This document shows positions 1 through 11,380 of a stretch of DNA of 64,000 bases, piece after piece (position 1 is the first letter of the stretch; every line of letters begins with the position of its first letter). The stretch is from Lama glama. Its lineage: Eukaryota. The notes under the pieces are model-generated. The model did no database searches, was not told where the DNA came from, and saw only the letters and a list, made by a program, of their open reading frames with translations. Where the stretch lies: positions 20,710,001 through 20,774,000 of the forward strand of contig CM052817.1 of NCBI GenBank assembly GCA_028534125.1, in the 5' to 3' direction. Position numbers and translations under genes: made by a program.

Positions 1-287
1 TCATAACCTAGCCTTACATTAATACATAACTAAGTAATAACCGTTACTTTTTCATTTAATGTGATCAGGTAATTACTAAGGTGTATTGTCTAAGCAACTG
101 GCCAATAAATAAAACATTGGTGGAAATTTAATTTTGGAGGGTGATGGGGAAGTGGGGAGGAAAATGCACAACTGTTTGCTCTGTGGTGAATGGAAAGAGT
201 CTTTGATCCATGGGTCAGTCTCTGTGAGTGCTTCAGGGCAATAATCACCAAAACGTTTTTCAGTGAAGAAAAATAATTAGTGATGTT

Positions 288-1160
288 ATTATTATTTTTT
301 TAAATTAAGTATTGTCAGTTTACAATGTGTCATTTTCTGGTGTGCAACATAATGTTTCAGTCATAGGTATACATACATACATTCATTTCATATTCCTTTC
401 ATTATAAGTTATGACCAGATATTGAATATAGTTCCCCATGCTACACAGTAGAAACTTGTTGCTTATCTATTTTATATATAGTAGTTAATATTTGCAAATC
501 ACAAACTCCCAATTTATCCCTTCCCACCCCCTTTCCTCCAGTAACCATAAGATTGTTTACTATGTCTGTGAGTCTGTTTCTGTTTTGTAGGTGAATTCAT
601 TAGTGTCTTCTTTTTTTCTTATTTTTACATTCCACCTATGAGTGGTATCATGTGGTATTTTTCTTTCTCTTTTTGGCTTAGTTTACTTAGAGTGATGATC
701 TTCAAAGTCATCCATGTTGCTGCAAATGGCATTATTGTATTGTTTTTTATGACTGGGTAGTATTCCATTGTCTAGATACACCACAGCTTCTTTATCCAAT
801 CATCTGTTGGTGGACATTTAGGTTGTTTCCATGTCTTGGCTTTTTGTATATAGTGCTGCTATGAACACTGGGGTGCATGTATATTTTCAAATTGGAGTTC
901 CCTCCTGATATATGCCCAGGAGCAGGATTGCTGGATTGTATGGTAAGCCTATTTTTAGTTTTTTGAGGAATCTCCATATTGTTTTCCATAATGGCTGCAC
1001 CAAACTGCATTTCCACCAACAATGTAGGAGGGTTCCCTTTTCTCCACACCCTCGCCAGCATTTATTGTTTGTTGACTTTTAAATTATGGCCATTCTGACT
1101 GGTGTGAGGTAGTATCTCATTGTGGTTTTGATATGCATTTCTCTGATAATTAGTGATATT
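288..1160 (-). mobile_element. 5'-truncated young (camelid-type) LINE-1: ORF2 C-terminus plus 3' UTR
   Basis: Degenerate poly(T) at about 288-301, L1 3' UTR, then ORF2-end peptide remnants (ORF 792-1061: [27 protein letters not shown]...). Flanked by ATAATTAGTGATGTT (273-287) and ATAATTAGTGATATT (1146-1160). Confidence 0.92.
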
Positions 1161-2421
1161 CAGTGGTGATGCTACTCCTTACTTTCCCACTGAAGCTGTG
1201 ATTTAAACCACATAGAGATGAATTAAGAGTTCCAGTCAGATCACAATCCTCAGGATCATTTCTCCCCATCCAGTTCCTACATTTTGTTGTCTTAGTACTT
1301 TTGCTGCCATATTGTTTTTTTAGTTTGGCTTTAAGCCATAAAAATATTGATAGTTTTTGCCTCGAAGTTGCTCTTTAAGAGTATTAAACCTTGGGAACAT
1401 GTCCACAAAGCTACTCAACTTGGTGGGGTATGGCTCATTAAAGTGAAGACTAAATTCATTGTCTTAATTGAACTTTAAAGTCTTTGCTTCTTTTTTCTTT
1501 TTCTTTTTTTTTTCCCTCAAAAGGAAGAAATAAAATCAGCAACAAGAAAAACTCTGGCTCAAAAACTGTCAACACCTTCTATGTGCTGAAAAGGTGTGGC
1601 AAGGTGCCTTTGCAAATAACCACTTGTTTTTCTTTCCACACAACTTCCCTTTTTATCATTGCATTGACTACCTTGCGATAACTAAGAGATAATACCTTTG
1701 AGACATTATCCGTAATAATCTGAGTTTACAAAAATTTTGTTTTGAGATCCACTCACATTCTTTGGCTTCCTATGGATTTAGCTCCATCTGGGCATGGTTC
1801 CAGAACTGATTATTATTATTTTTTAAGGCTCATATTTGCTTGCTAAAAAAATTTACATACCTTAAAATATTTTTAACATCTCCTTTTCTGTAAAGCAACT
1901 TGCAAATTAATTTTTTGTAGAGACTATTATATAAGCAAAATATAAATATAATAGCTACTATGATAAAAGAAACTATCTTTTAATCAATAGATCAAATATA
2001 TCATTTAAATGCATCATTAGCTTTATAAAATAAGGTCAGCTTTTCCAGCTAGGCTGCTTTTTAATACAAAGCTCATTTGTCTATAAAACCCAAAAACTTA
2101 ACCAAAATCTCTCCTTATTACATAAGCTCTTCCTAGAAGATCATAAGGCTGATAAATAAAATTATAGCCTTTAAAAAATGTACATGTTGAATTGAACTTG
2201 TAAATGTATTATTTCTATGCCAGGCATCTCAAATTTAATTGAATAAAATTCTTATATTCATTCAACTTTTCATTTTTAATGAAAATGACTTTCAGATGTT
2301 GCCAGAGCAATGATTTCAAACATGTGGTAGATTGATTTCAACTATGTCTGCAATAATCCGCCCACTGCCATGTCATCTCTTCCCAATTTTGCTTCTCATA
2401 CCGCCCATCAGGAGGTGCAGG

Positions 2422-2877
2422 CTCTATCCTGTGGCCACAGCAACAAACCACAAATTTTGAGACTAAAAGCAACAAAAATTTATTCTCTTATGGTTCTGAC
2501 TGCCAGAAATCAAAAATTAAGGTGTTTAACAGAGTCACACTCCTTCTGAAGGCTCTAGAAGAGAATCTTCCCCTGTCTCTTCCAGCCTCTGGTGACTATC
2601 AACATTTCTTTGTGGCTGCTTCACTCCAGTCTTGGCCGTTGACCTCGTGTGGCCTCTCCACTTCTCTGTCTGTGCCTTCTCCTCTTCTGTCCATTATAAG
2701 AACCCTTGTCATGAGGTTTGGAGCTTGCCTAAAGGTATGCAGGATGGTCTCATTACAAGGTCCTTTAATTTACTTACATCTGCAAAGACCCTTTTTCCAA
2801 ATAAGGTCCCATTCGAAGGATCTTGTTCTTAGAACATGGACATATCTTTTGGAAGGATGTTGTGTAACCCACTACAC
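2422..2877 (-). mobile_element. MaLR solo LTR (MLT1B/C-like)
   Basis: Typical MLT1 motifs AAATTTATTCTCTTATGGTTCTG, GAAGGCTCTAGAAGAGAATC, CATCTGCAAAGACCCTTTTTCCAAATAAGGTC. Confidence 0.85.
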
Positions 2878-2972
2878 CAGTGTTTAAAAATCTGGACTCA
2901 TTTTCTGATGAGCTTTGATAGTTAATTATGGCAGAATAGACATTGGCTCAAGCGGCATTCAGCTCCTGCTTT

Positions 2973-3519
2973 TGTTAGAGGAGATTAGGTTCTTGTCACA
3001 TCACAGAAAGAATTCAGAAATGAGACATGGAGATCAAGAAATTAAAGTGATGAATTATTAAGGGTTAGATAGGACGCTTTTCTTCTACACATAGGGTTAA
3101 AAATGAATTGGTGGAATATTCATTGGGTAGGGAGGGCTCTGGGGTTGTATTTCCTGATTTCCATCCCAGCTCCACCTTCCCGAGGGGTGGAGGGATTTTT
3201 GTCCCTATTTAGTCTTGACTGGAAGTGTCATGGTGTCAATGCATGATGGGTACTTCTAATCTGCAAGGCTAATTTTACGGTGATGAGGGCATAATGTGCA
3301 AAAGGTTACATTCAGACATTGGATTTTTCCTTTCACACATTTCTTTGCCTGCCTCTAGGATACTTGTCACCCAAAATGTGTGATTTCTTATCAATATGGA
3401 GGTTCCTGCTTTTCTCTGTCTGCTCAGGGACCCCCATTGTTCACAAGATATATGGTTTCCTGCTGTTTGGCCCATGTCCTCTTTCTCTGCTCATATCTAG
3501 GTATCTGCCTGCTCTGACA
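2973..3519 (-). mobile_element. ERV1-class solo LTR
   Basis: TG...CA termini with short inverted repeat (TGTTAGAG / CTCTGACA) and a 4-bp TSD CTTT (2969-2972, 3520-3523); homologous to the LTR at 50279-50839. Confidence 0.85.
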
Positions 3520-3860
3520 CTTTTACCTTCCTCGGACACAGCCCTAAGAGTATTATGCAAAAAATTCTCATCTAGCCTATTGAATCATGAAAAGCCATAT
3601 GGAACAAAGTCAGAACTTTTACAGCAGAGGCACTCTTGACCTCCACACAGCCCAAGCTGCCAATTATGAATGGAGCTACCATAGCACTGAGCCTTAGTCA
3701 ATCATCAGATAAATGTAGCTGCATGTGGGAGCACAGAAAAGACCAGCAGAAGAATTGCCTGTCTAGGTCTAGCCAAAATTGTTGACAGAATAGTGAGCAA
3801 ATTAAATAGTTTGTTTTAACTTACCAAGTTTTGGGTGATTTTTTAAGCATTGATATAGAT

Positions 3861-4200
3861 ATTCGTACCTAGCAATAGGATAGTGCCATAACTAAAACCC
3901 CAAACAAGTGACATTGGCTTTGAGGCAGGATGGTGGGAATAGGCTGGAAAAATTGCAAGGCTGGAGAAATGGCAAATGAATTATTGGTGGACACTTGAAA
4001 AATGCTAACTGAGGCCAAAAAACTGTTGACCTTTATTACGTAGTTGTGAAAAAAAAATTGTCAAAATTATCATCCTTAGTAATATGGAAAATAGAAAAGT
4101 CTTCTAATGAACATATGAATCTGACTAAGGAGATTTTCAAGCCATATTAAAAAGGTCAGTTGATTTATTTTAGTGTTTTCTCATAAGCTTCTGCAGTCTC
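3861..4200 (+). mobile_element. MaLR internal (MLT1-int) 5' fragment
   Basis: Follows the LTR directly with ATTCGTACCTAG...GTGCCATAACTAAAACC...TGGCTTTGAG, resembling the start of MaLR internal sequence. Confidence 0.6.
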
Positions 4201-4242
4201 ATGAAAAGACATTCTAAAGTACACTTGGTAATAAACATATCA

Positions 4243-4660
4243 TATCCATTGTTTATTGCTGTGTAACAAAACAACCCTGAAACTTGGAAGCTTGTAACTG
4301 TTTGGTAAGATTCTTCAGGTCAGCTTGGCTTAGGCTCAGCAAAGCAAGGCTTCTGCTGGTGTTGCCTAGGCAACTAGATCATGCAACTGTGTATCGGACA
4401 GCTTTATTGGGACTCAGTGATCTAAGAAGGCCTCACACATGTATCTTGAAGTTGGGGCTTGCTGTCTGATGGTTGCTCTAGAGGGCCCCAGATGAGCAAG
4501 TTGCCTTGCTTTGTGTGTGGCTGCCTTTCCTCTGTTAGGTATGTTAGGGCTTCTATGTGTAGTGATCTCAAGGCAAATTTCCAAGAGTGGGAGAATCAAT
4601 GCTGTCAGATCTCTTGATAACAAAGCTCAGAAGTTGTAAAATATCACTTCTATTGAGTTA
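4243..4660 (-). mobile_element. Old MaLR LTR (MLT1H-K-like)
   Basis: TTTATTGCTGTGTAACAAAACAACCCTGAAACTTGG start; CTCAGAAGTTGTAAAATATCACTTCTATTG near the end. Confidence 0.65.
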
Positions 4661-6012
4661 AAATACTTTACATCTCCTTGATAATAAAGTACATATATTT
4701 AGTAAGAATCTAAATTATGCTATTTATAAATTTACTAACTATAGTTGGAGTAGTGTTAAGAGATTCATTTTAAAGTTCATTTCCTCCATTTGAAAGGTGA
4801 CAATTTTTATTTCAACTTTCAATAATTTAAAATGTCTTTGAATTTCCCTCATTTATTTGAATAAGTTCATACTTAGCCTCCATTTCTTCAAACTTTCTGT
4901 TTTAGCTTCTTATCTATGATCCAAATTGAAAAATATAATTTAAAAAATACTTTAAAATTATTTTTAAAGTATTAAACAATAAAAATAAAGAAAACAAACA
5001 GGACACATTTTTTCAATTTTGAAATGAAATAGTCAAACATCTGTTAACAGAAAATTTGGTAGAGCATAATTGTCAATGCATTTAGATTTGTGGGCATGTG
5101 TGTATGCATGTGTGTATGGGTATATGCCTGTGTGATCATGAATGAAAATAATAATGCTAATTCATAAAACAATAAACTAAAAAAAATTTAATGGTGTTAG
5201 CCTCCCCATTTTCAAGCTTTTTTGATTGGGTTTGTGGGTGAGGCCTAAGATTAGCTATAGCAACCAGTGAAATAGCACAATTCATTTTGGCTGAATGGGG
5301 GGCTCCAGTACTAATGCCATGGATGCCATATGTTTCTTTTACAGCACAAAAATACCCAATATTCCAATATTCAACAGCATATAAATGTTAGTATGTTCAC
5401 GAAAGAAAAGAAAGGATTAGATTAGCTACAACAGAAAGCTGGGTCTACAGTTTTGCTTGCCCAGTTTTAATGTCAAAAAAAAATTCCTTAAAATCTTTGA
5501 ATAAAACCGATTTTTCCTTAAGGTTATATTTGGAAAATATATGGTCTTGCTTGTCCCCAGGCTAGCCTCTGGATAGCTCTGTTTTTAGCATATTCCAGTT
5601 TGAGAGCTGCAGCTTTACAGAATGGGCTGGGTGTGGTCTTTGTGGAATACATGGCCAAAGAGAAATGATAGCTTTGAGAAAGGCTTCAGAGGGTAGGATG
5701 GACATAGGATCAGGAATCCAAACCCAGAACTGGGTAAAATGCAAGGATGGAAGTCCAAAGTCAAGCAGCGCACCGGCAGGACCCATAGCAACAGCCATAA
5801 TAGAAGCAGAAGCAGGGACTTCTTTTACAGCTAAATCTTGATGTTAAGGTTCAGTAAGGTTAACCTATCTTTTGAGGTATATATGAAGTTGGCTCAATCC
5901 TCCTACTTCTATTCTCTGGGTAGTCTCATGCTGTTCCCCAAATTCTGTGTATTTCTGTGCCCTTACATTCTGGTGGTTTCAAACCCTAACCCGACTGCAT
6001 CCAGTCTTCTCT

Positions 6013-6503
6013 ACTAGTTGCCTATTGCTCCTGTAACAAATTGCCACAAACAGTGACTTCAGACAACATATGTTTATTATCTCACAGCTCTAGGGGTCAG
6101 AAGTGTCACAGGGCCAAAATCAAGGCATTAGCAGGGCTGCGTTCACTTCTAGAGGCCCAAGGGGAGTGATCTCCTGTAGCAACCTGTTTCTAGAGGCTGA
6201 CCGTATTCCTTGTGTCCCCGCGCCCCTCCTCCATCTTTAAAGCCAGCAAGAGCGGGTTGAGACTCTGACATCGTATCACTCTGATGACCTCTTTGACCTC
6301 TCCCTTCCATTTTAAAGAGTCACTAGCATGACATTGGGCTTGTACAGATAATCAGGACATTCTCCCTTTTCTAAGGTCAGCTGATTTAGCAACCTTTCCT
6401 TCATCTGCTACCTTAATTTCTCTTTGCCATGGGAGGTCCCATATTCACAGGTTGCAGGGATGAGGATACAGACATCTCTGAAGGACCATTATCTTTCCCA
6501 TCA
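6013..6503 (-). mobile_element. MaLR solo LTR (MLT1D-like)
   Basis: TAGTTGCCTATTGCTCCTGTAACAAATTGCCACAAAC...AAGGTCAGCTGATTTAGCAACCTT...CATATTCACAGGTTGCAGGGATGAGGA. Confidence 0.85.
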
Positions 6504-7149
6504 CGTCTTCCACAGCTGTTTTCTTTCTCTCATGCTAGATTTTGCCTTTTCTGGACCTCAGTCTCTGATTTCCATAAAAAATTCATAGGCATAAAAGACT
6601 GTTACAAATGTTGGGGATGACAGTTTACACTAATAAAACGAAACTATACAAAACATTAAATGTTTTTTATTTCCGAAAATGACCTCATGTCAACTGGGAA
6701 ATATTCTTTTGTTTTTGTTTTTTCACTCTTAGATGGAAGGAAAAGGATATTCTTGTTTTTTAATAATTTGGAAATGGGAATGTGTAGAGAAACCATGAGA
6801 AAAAACGTAGTCTCACATGATTGCTGTTTTGAACAGACACTGCTGGCAGCTGGGGTAGGTATGCCTCCATCCTGACGGTGGGGTGGGGCCCACCGCATTC
6901 ACGACAGGTTGGCAGGCTCCTCGTCACACGGGTGTGAACATAAAATACCCTAATTTGGAACATTCTCACAAAACTTTGATTTTACAACAAGACTAAGAAA
7001 AACCTTTGGTTTAACCCTAATCTAAGTCTAAATCTAAGTCATGCTTGTGAAGTGCTGATGTTCTTTCGTTGGCAGCCTTTCTGACAGTGAGCTGGAGTCG
7101 ATAATGTGATAAGATAGTTGATTACACTTCAAATAATGGTGCCCCCTAA

Positions 7150-7565
7150 ACCTTCATTTTGTTCTTTAGCAGTAGGATATAATTTTTAGGGTGGACAAAG
7201 ACCCAAGGTATAAATGTTTATCAGTCAAACACTCATGACAATCCTATAGCCCATGGCCAGTAATTGCCTTATTGGAGGTGGGGAGAAGACTCTGTGGCCA
7301 CAAAGTCCCAATTATTCCAACTGTCTCTTGACCTGATCATAGAAACTCTCTTTCAACTCTGAGGTTAAATCATCTTCTGAGGATACCAGAGGGGAAGATG
7401 AAAAGAGGCTAGGTCCTTCATGGTATCACTGAGCCCCTGGACCAAGACTGGAACTGCTTTCCAGTAATTAAGTGGACTCCGGATTGACCAAGAGAATAAA
7501 CAAACGTCTTTATTGTTCAACCTACTTTTATTTGGTATTCTGAGACTTCTGCCAAAGCATAATAA
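7150..7565 (+). mobile_element. Highly decayed ERVL/MaLR-type LTR fragment
   Basis: GAGCCCCTGGACCAAG...GAGAATAAAC...TTGGTATTCTGAGACTTCTGCCAAAGCAT resembles old MLT1/LTR33-type 3' ends. Confidence 0.4.
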
Positions 7566-7645
7566 AAGCTAGGAAGTTCTACTTAGAACAAGCAAGAGCA
7601 TTATAAGAATTTAAAATGGGGAAAATTTGAAAATCTGGAAGAAGC

Positions 7646-8036
7646 TATCTTAGCTCAAGCTGTATAACAAAATGCCACAGACTGGGTGACTCCAACAACA
7701 GATTCTTTTTTCTCAAAGTTCTGGAGCCTGGGAAATTCAAGATCAGGGTGCTGACAGATTTGCATCCTGGTGAGAGCTTGCTTCCTGGATTGCGGATGGC
7801 CACCTTCTCACTGTGCACTGACGTGGCCTCACCTTCGTGTGCGTGTGACCCGAGCAAGAGTGGGCTCCCTGATATCTCTTCTTATAAGGACACTAAACCT
7901 AGTGGATCGGGGTCCTACTCTAATGACCTCATTTAACCTTAATTATCTCCTTAAAGGCCCTGTCTCCAAATACAGTCACATTGGGGGTTAGGTTGTCAAC
8001 ATATGAATTTCAGGACACATAGCTTCAGTCCATATC
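7646..8036 (-). mobile_element. MaLR solo LTR (MLT1A/A0-like)
   Basis: AACAAAATGCCACAGACTGGGTG...TAATGACCTCATTTAACCTTAATTATCTCCTTAAAGGCCCTGTCTCCAAATACAGTCACATTGGGGGTTAGG. Confidence 0.9.
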
Positions 8037-8039
8037 AGA

Positions 8040-8350
8040 AGCTAAATATATAAGTATATATAGTATATAAAAATGTCACATTTAATTATACTATATTTAC
8101 TAAATTCATAATCAGATACAGTAGATTATGTATAATATGGTATACAATGTATTATATATTATACATTTCATTACTTAATATATTAAGATAGCATACAATA
8201 TATCTCTTATGAGAAATAATATATAATGACATATATAGCATTTTAGGTCTAACAGGTAAAAGATTATATAGTATAGTTATAAATTATGTAATCTATTATC
8301 TATTGCATAAATTAACAATGTTATGTACTAATTAAAATGTAATAATGCTC
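8040..8350. repeat. AT-rich low-complexity (TA-rich) tract
   Basis: Degenerate TATA/ATAT repeats. Confidence 0.75.
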
Positions 8351-8359
8351 ATATTCACA

Positions 8360-8760
8360 TATTTTTACCTACTTTTTAAACTTGGAAATGTGTTTAAAAA
8401 TTCCACTTTTTAAAATCAATATTCTTATTTTTAATCATGAGACATATTTTTTGCTATTAAAAATAGTAGTAGAATGAAACTGTTGTTTTACATACATCTT
8501 CATTTGTATCCCTGAATATTATTTCCTTAGGGTGAATTCCTAGAAGTAAATGATAATATTTTTAAGAATTTTGAAATATTATCAAATTTGTTTCAGAAAA
8601 AACTAATTTACACAAGCATTAATGATAAGATTAGCAATTTCTTACTTTTTGAAAGCACTAGGATTTTCATTATTTTTAACTTTTCATTTTGATAGCAATA
8701 AAACAGCATCACATACTCTTGTTTTCATTCCTTTAGTAACTGTGACATTGAATTCAATTT
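8360..8760 (-). mobile_element. Very old L1 (L1ME-like) fragment
   Basis: TTTCCTTAGGGTGAATTCCTAGAAGT and related decayed L1 ORF2-end motifs. Confidence 0.5.
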
Positions 8761-9385
8761 CAGCAGATGGTGCACTACTTTTACTTCATTTTTCATAATT
8801 TTTAAACTTTTATTTAGGGTCCTAAATGGCAGGCAGTTTTCTGAGATGCTTAAAGGCTGGGCTGTGGCCTTGCTGTTGTTGGAGAACTTGACTCAGGAAA
8901 CAGCAGAGCCTGATGTTTGTAAATATTCACTTGAACAGAAGCACATTATATTGTTTGCATAATTTCAACTGGCAAATGATGTAAACCTGAATATAAAAGT
9001 TCAGTGTGTAATAAAAATTGGAGAGTGTTCACTCCTCTGGCAGGATCAGCAATCATTCCCCCAAATAGCACATTGTTTGCATTAGAAGCAGCCCCTCTCC
9101 AGGACACCTCCTCGTCTGCAATCTGCCAGCAAGCTGTCAAGTTCACAAATCTACAGTATTCACATCTACAAATCCACAAGCTCTATGAATGCAAATCTTG
9201 TCCCTTGGAGTGGTGTCCTGCACAATTTTCACATCAAAGGGCTAATTAAGGCTTCATACCTGGTCAAAACATAAGTTCCAAAGTATTTTCAGAGACTTTT
9301 GGTCTTTTGATTGGTTTACATGTATATACACTATGTATTTTATATACATGCACACACATATTTGTGTCTGTGTACGTATATTTAG

Positions 9386-9759
9386 TTACGGGTTGAATGT
9401 TTGAGTTCCCCTTCCCTACCCTGGCCAGATTCCTTTGTTGAAATCTAATCTCCAAAATGATGGGATTTGGAGGTAGGGCCTTTGAGAGGTCATGAGGTCA
9501 TGAGGGTAGGGCCCTCATGAATGTGATTAATGCCCTTATAAGAAGGGACCAGAGAGCTTGCTCATTCTTCTTCCACTATGTGAGGACATAGTGAGAGGTC
9601 AGCTTTCTGCAACCCTGAAGAGGGCTCTCACCAGAACCCAACCATGCTGACACCATGCTCATGGACTTCCAGCCTCCAGAACTGTGAGAAATAAATATTT
9701 GTTGTTTAAGCCACCTGGTCAATGGTAACTTGCTATAGCAACCCAAGCTGACTGAGACA
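9386..9759 (+). mobile_element. MaLR solo LTR (MLT1A-like)
   Basis: GGATTTGGAGGTAGGGCCTTTG...GGACTTCCAGCCTCCAGAACTGTGAGAAATAAAT...GCTGACTGAGACA. Confidence 0.9.
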
Positions 9760-10087
9760 CACACATACATACATGCATGCACATGCACATACATATTTTT
9801 TTGTGTACCAGATCTATATCTTTTTCTAGTGTTTCCTGTCTTTGTATAGTACAAAGAAAAACTTTCCTTATCCTATGAATAAATGTATGCAATTTAATTC
9901 TAAGTCCTTTATTGTTTCTTAATGAAAATTGAATTTACTTTAAAAGTAAATAAAGTTAAAAATTACCTTTTTCCTTTATTTGCAGTTGCAGTTTAAAAAG
10001 AATTAGTTGTTATAGAAAAATTCATCCTTTTTCACATGGAAGTGAAAGTCCTAGTCTCTCTCTCTTTCTCCTTATAAATGTATCTAT

Positions 10088-10089
<2 letters not shown>

Positions 10090-10148
<59 letters not shown>
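10090..10148. repeat. Compound (TC)n(TA)n microsatellite
   Basis: Directly visible. Confidence 0.95.
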
Positions 10149-10149
<1 letters not shown>

Positions 10150-10154
<5 letters not shown>

Positions 10155-10262
10155 AGTATTTAAGCTTTACTCTCAGTAAATTTCAGTTATATAATACAGC
10201 ATTATCAACTATAGTCACCATGTTATATATTAGATCCTCAAGCCTTAATCATCTTATAGCTA
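10150..10262 (-). mobile_element. L1 (L1MA9-like) 3' UTR piece, inverted relative to the adjacent L1 body
   Basis: Reverse complement reads GAGGATCTAATATATAACATGGTGACTATAGTTGATAATGCTGTATT, an L1MA-type 3' UTR. Confidence 0.75.
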
Positions 10263-10289
10263 AACATATACAGAACTAAGATTATTCCA

Positions 10290-10980
10290 TGGCAAAAACA
10301 AACAAACAATCAAAAAAACAAGCAATTTGACTGAAAACTGGCAAGAGAAACTGAATAGACATTTTCCTAAAGAAGATATACAAATGGCCAGCAGGTACAT
10401 TAAAAGGTGCTCAATGTCACAAAATATCAGGAAAATGCAAATCAAAACCACAATGAGATATTGCCTCACATTTTTTAGAGCTGTTATCATCAAAAAGATA
10501 AGAGATAACAAGTGTTGTTGAGGATGTGGAAAAAAGGAAACCCTTGTGCACTGTTGGTGGGAACATAAATTGGTATAGACTCTATGAAAACTGTACAGAG
10601 GCTTCTCAAGAAACTAAAAACAAAAATATGATACAGCAATTTCACTCCTGGGTATGTGCTCAAAGGAAATGGAAACCAGCTATTTATTAAAGAGAAGTCT
10701 GCACTGGTGTTCATTGCATTATTAGTCACAATAGTCAAGATACGGAAACAGCCTAAGTGTCTACTGATCGATGAGTGGATAAAGAAATATATACATACAG
10801 TGGAATGTCATTCAGCCATGAGAAAGAAGGAAATCCTGCTGTTTTTGACAACATGAATGGAACTTGATGGCATTATGTTAAGTGAAATAAACCAGATGGA
10901 GAAAGATAAATACTTCATGATATCACTTATATGAGAAATCTGAAAGAAAAAAGGTGAACTTACAGAAACATAGAGAAATG
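10290..10980 (+). mobile_element. L1 (L1MA-like) ORF2 end and start of 3' UTR
   Basis: ORF 10327-10521 (LNRHFPKEDIQMA...MQIKTTMRY) and ORF 10656-10856 (KQPKCLLIDEWIKK) are ORF2 C-terminal remnants. Confidence 0.9.
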
Positions 10981-10984
10981 ACTC

Positions 10985-11380
10985 TTATTTTATGTGGAAG
11001 AGTAAATAAGGGTAGAAAGAATGGAATGGAAAGGAGTGAGAAAGCCAGGTGGGGTCACAGGACAGTTGACTGGGGAATGAATTTCCTCACATTGGACAAT
11101 GTCCAGAGGGATTGTTGAAGAAGGAGTATTCCATTTTCCAGCACTCAAAGGGATGTCAAGTTCCCAGGGACAGTGGGGAGGGGAGAAACCAAACTACTTA
11201 GGTTAAGTCAAGTTAGTGGGGTTTTTGTCCAAATTGGTCAGTAGGGACAAATAGTTCAGCTAATCATTTATGATTCAAAGAATGGAAATTTAGGTCTGTG
11301 TCTGGTCCTATTACAGGTAAAGGCTGTTACCAACCTTCAGGTAAAGTATGACATTGCGTGTCCTCTAGTTTCCAGGACTC
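10985..11380 (-). mobile_element. Probable ERV1-type LTR fragment
   Basis: TAGTTCAGCTAATCATTTATG...GTCTGTGTCTGG resembles MER4-group LTRs; termini not resolved. Confidence 0.45.

Larger units (their letters stand above)
2323..3860 (+). mobile_element. Old MaLR LTR (MLT1G/H-like), split by two nested LTR insertions
   Basis: Starts TGTGGTAGATTG; the 3' part (GACCAGCAGAAGAATTGCC...AATAGTGAGCAAATTAAATAGTTTGTTTTAA) is MLT1-like. Interrupted at about 2422-2877 and 2973-3519. Confidence 0.65.
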
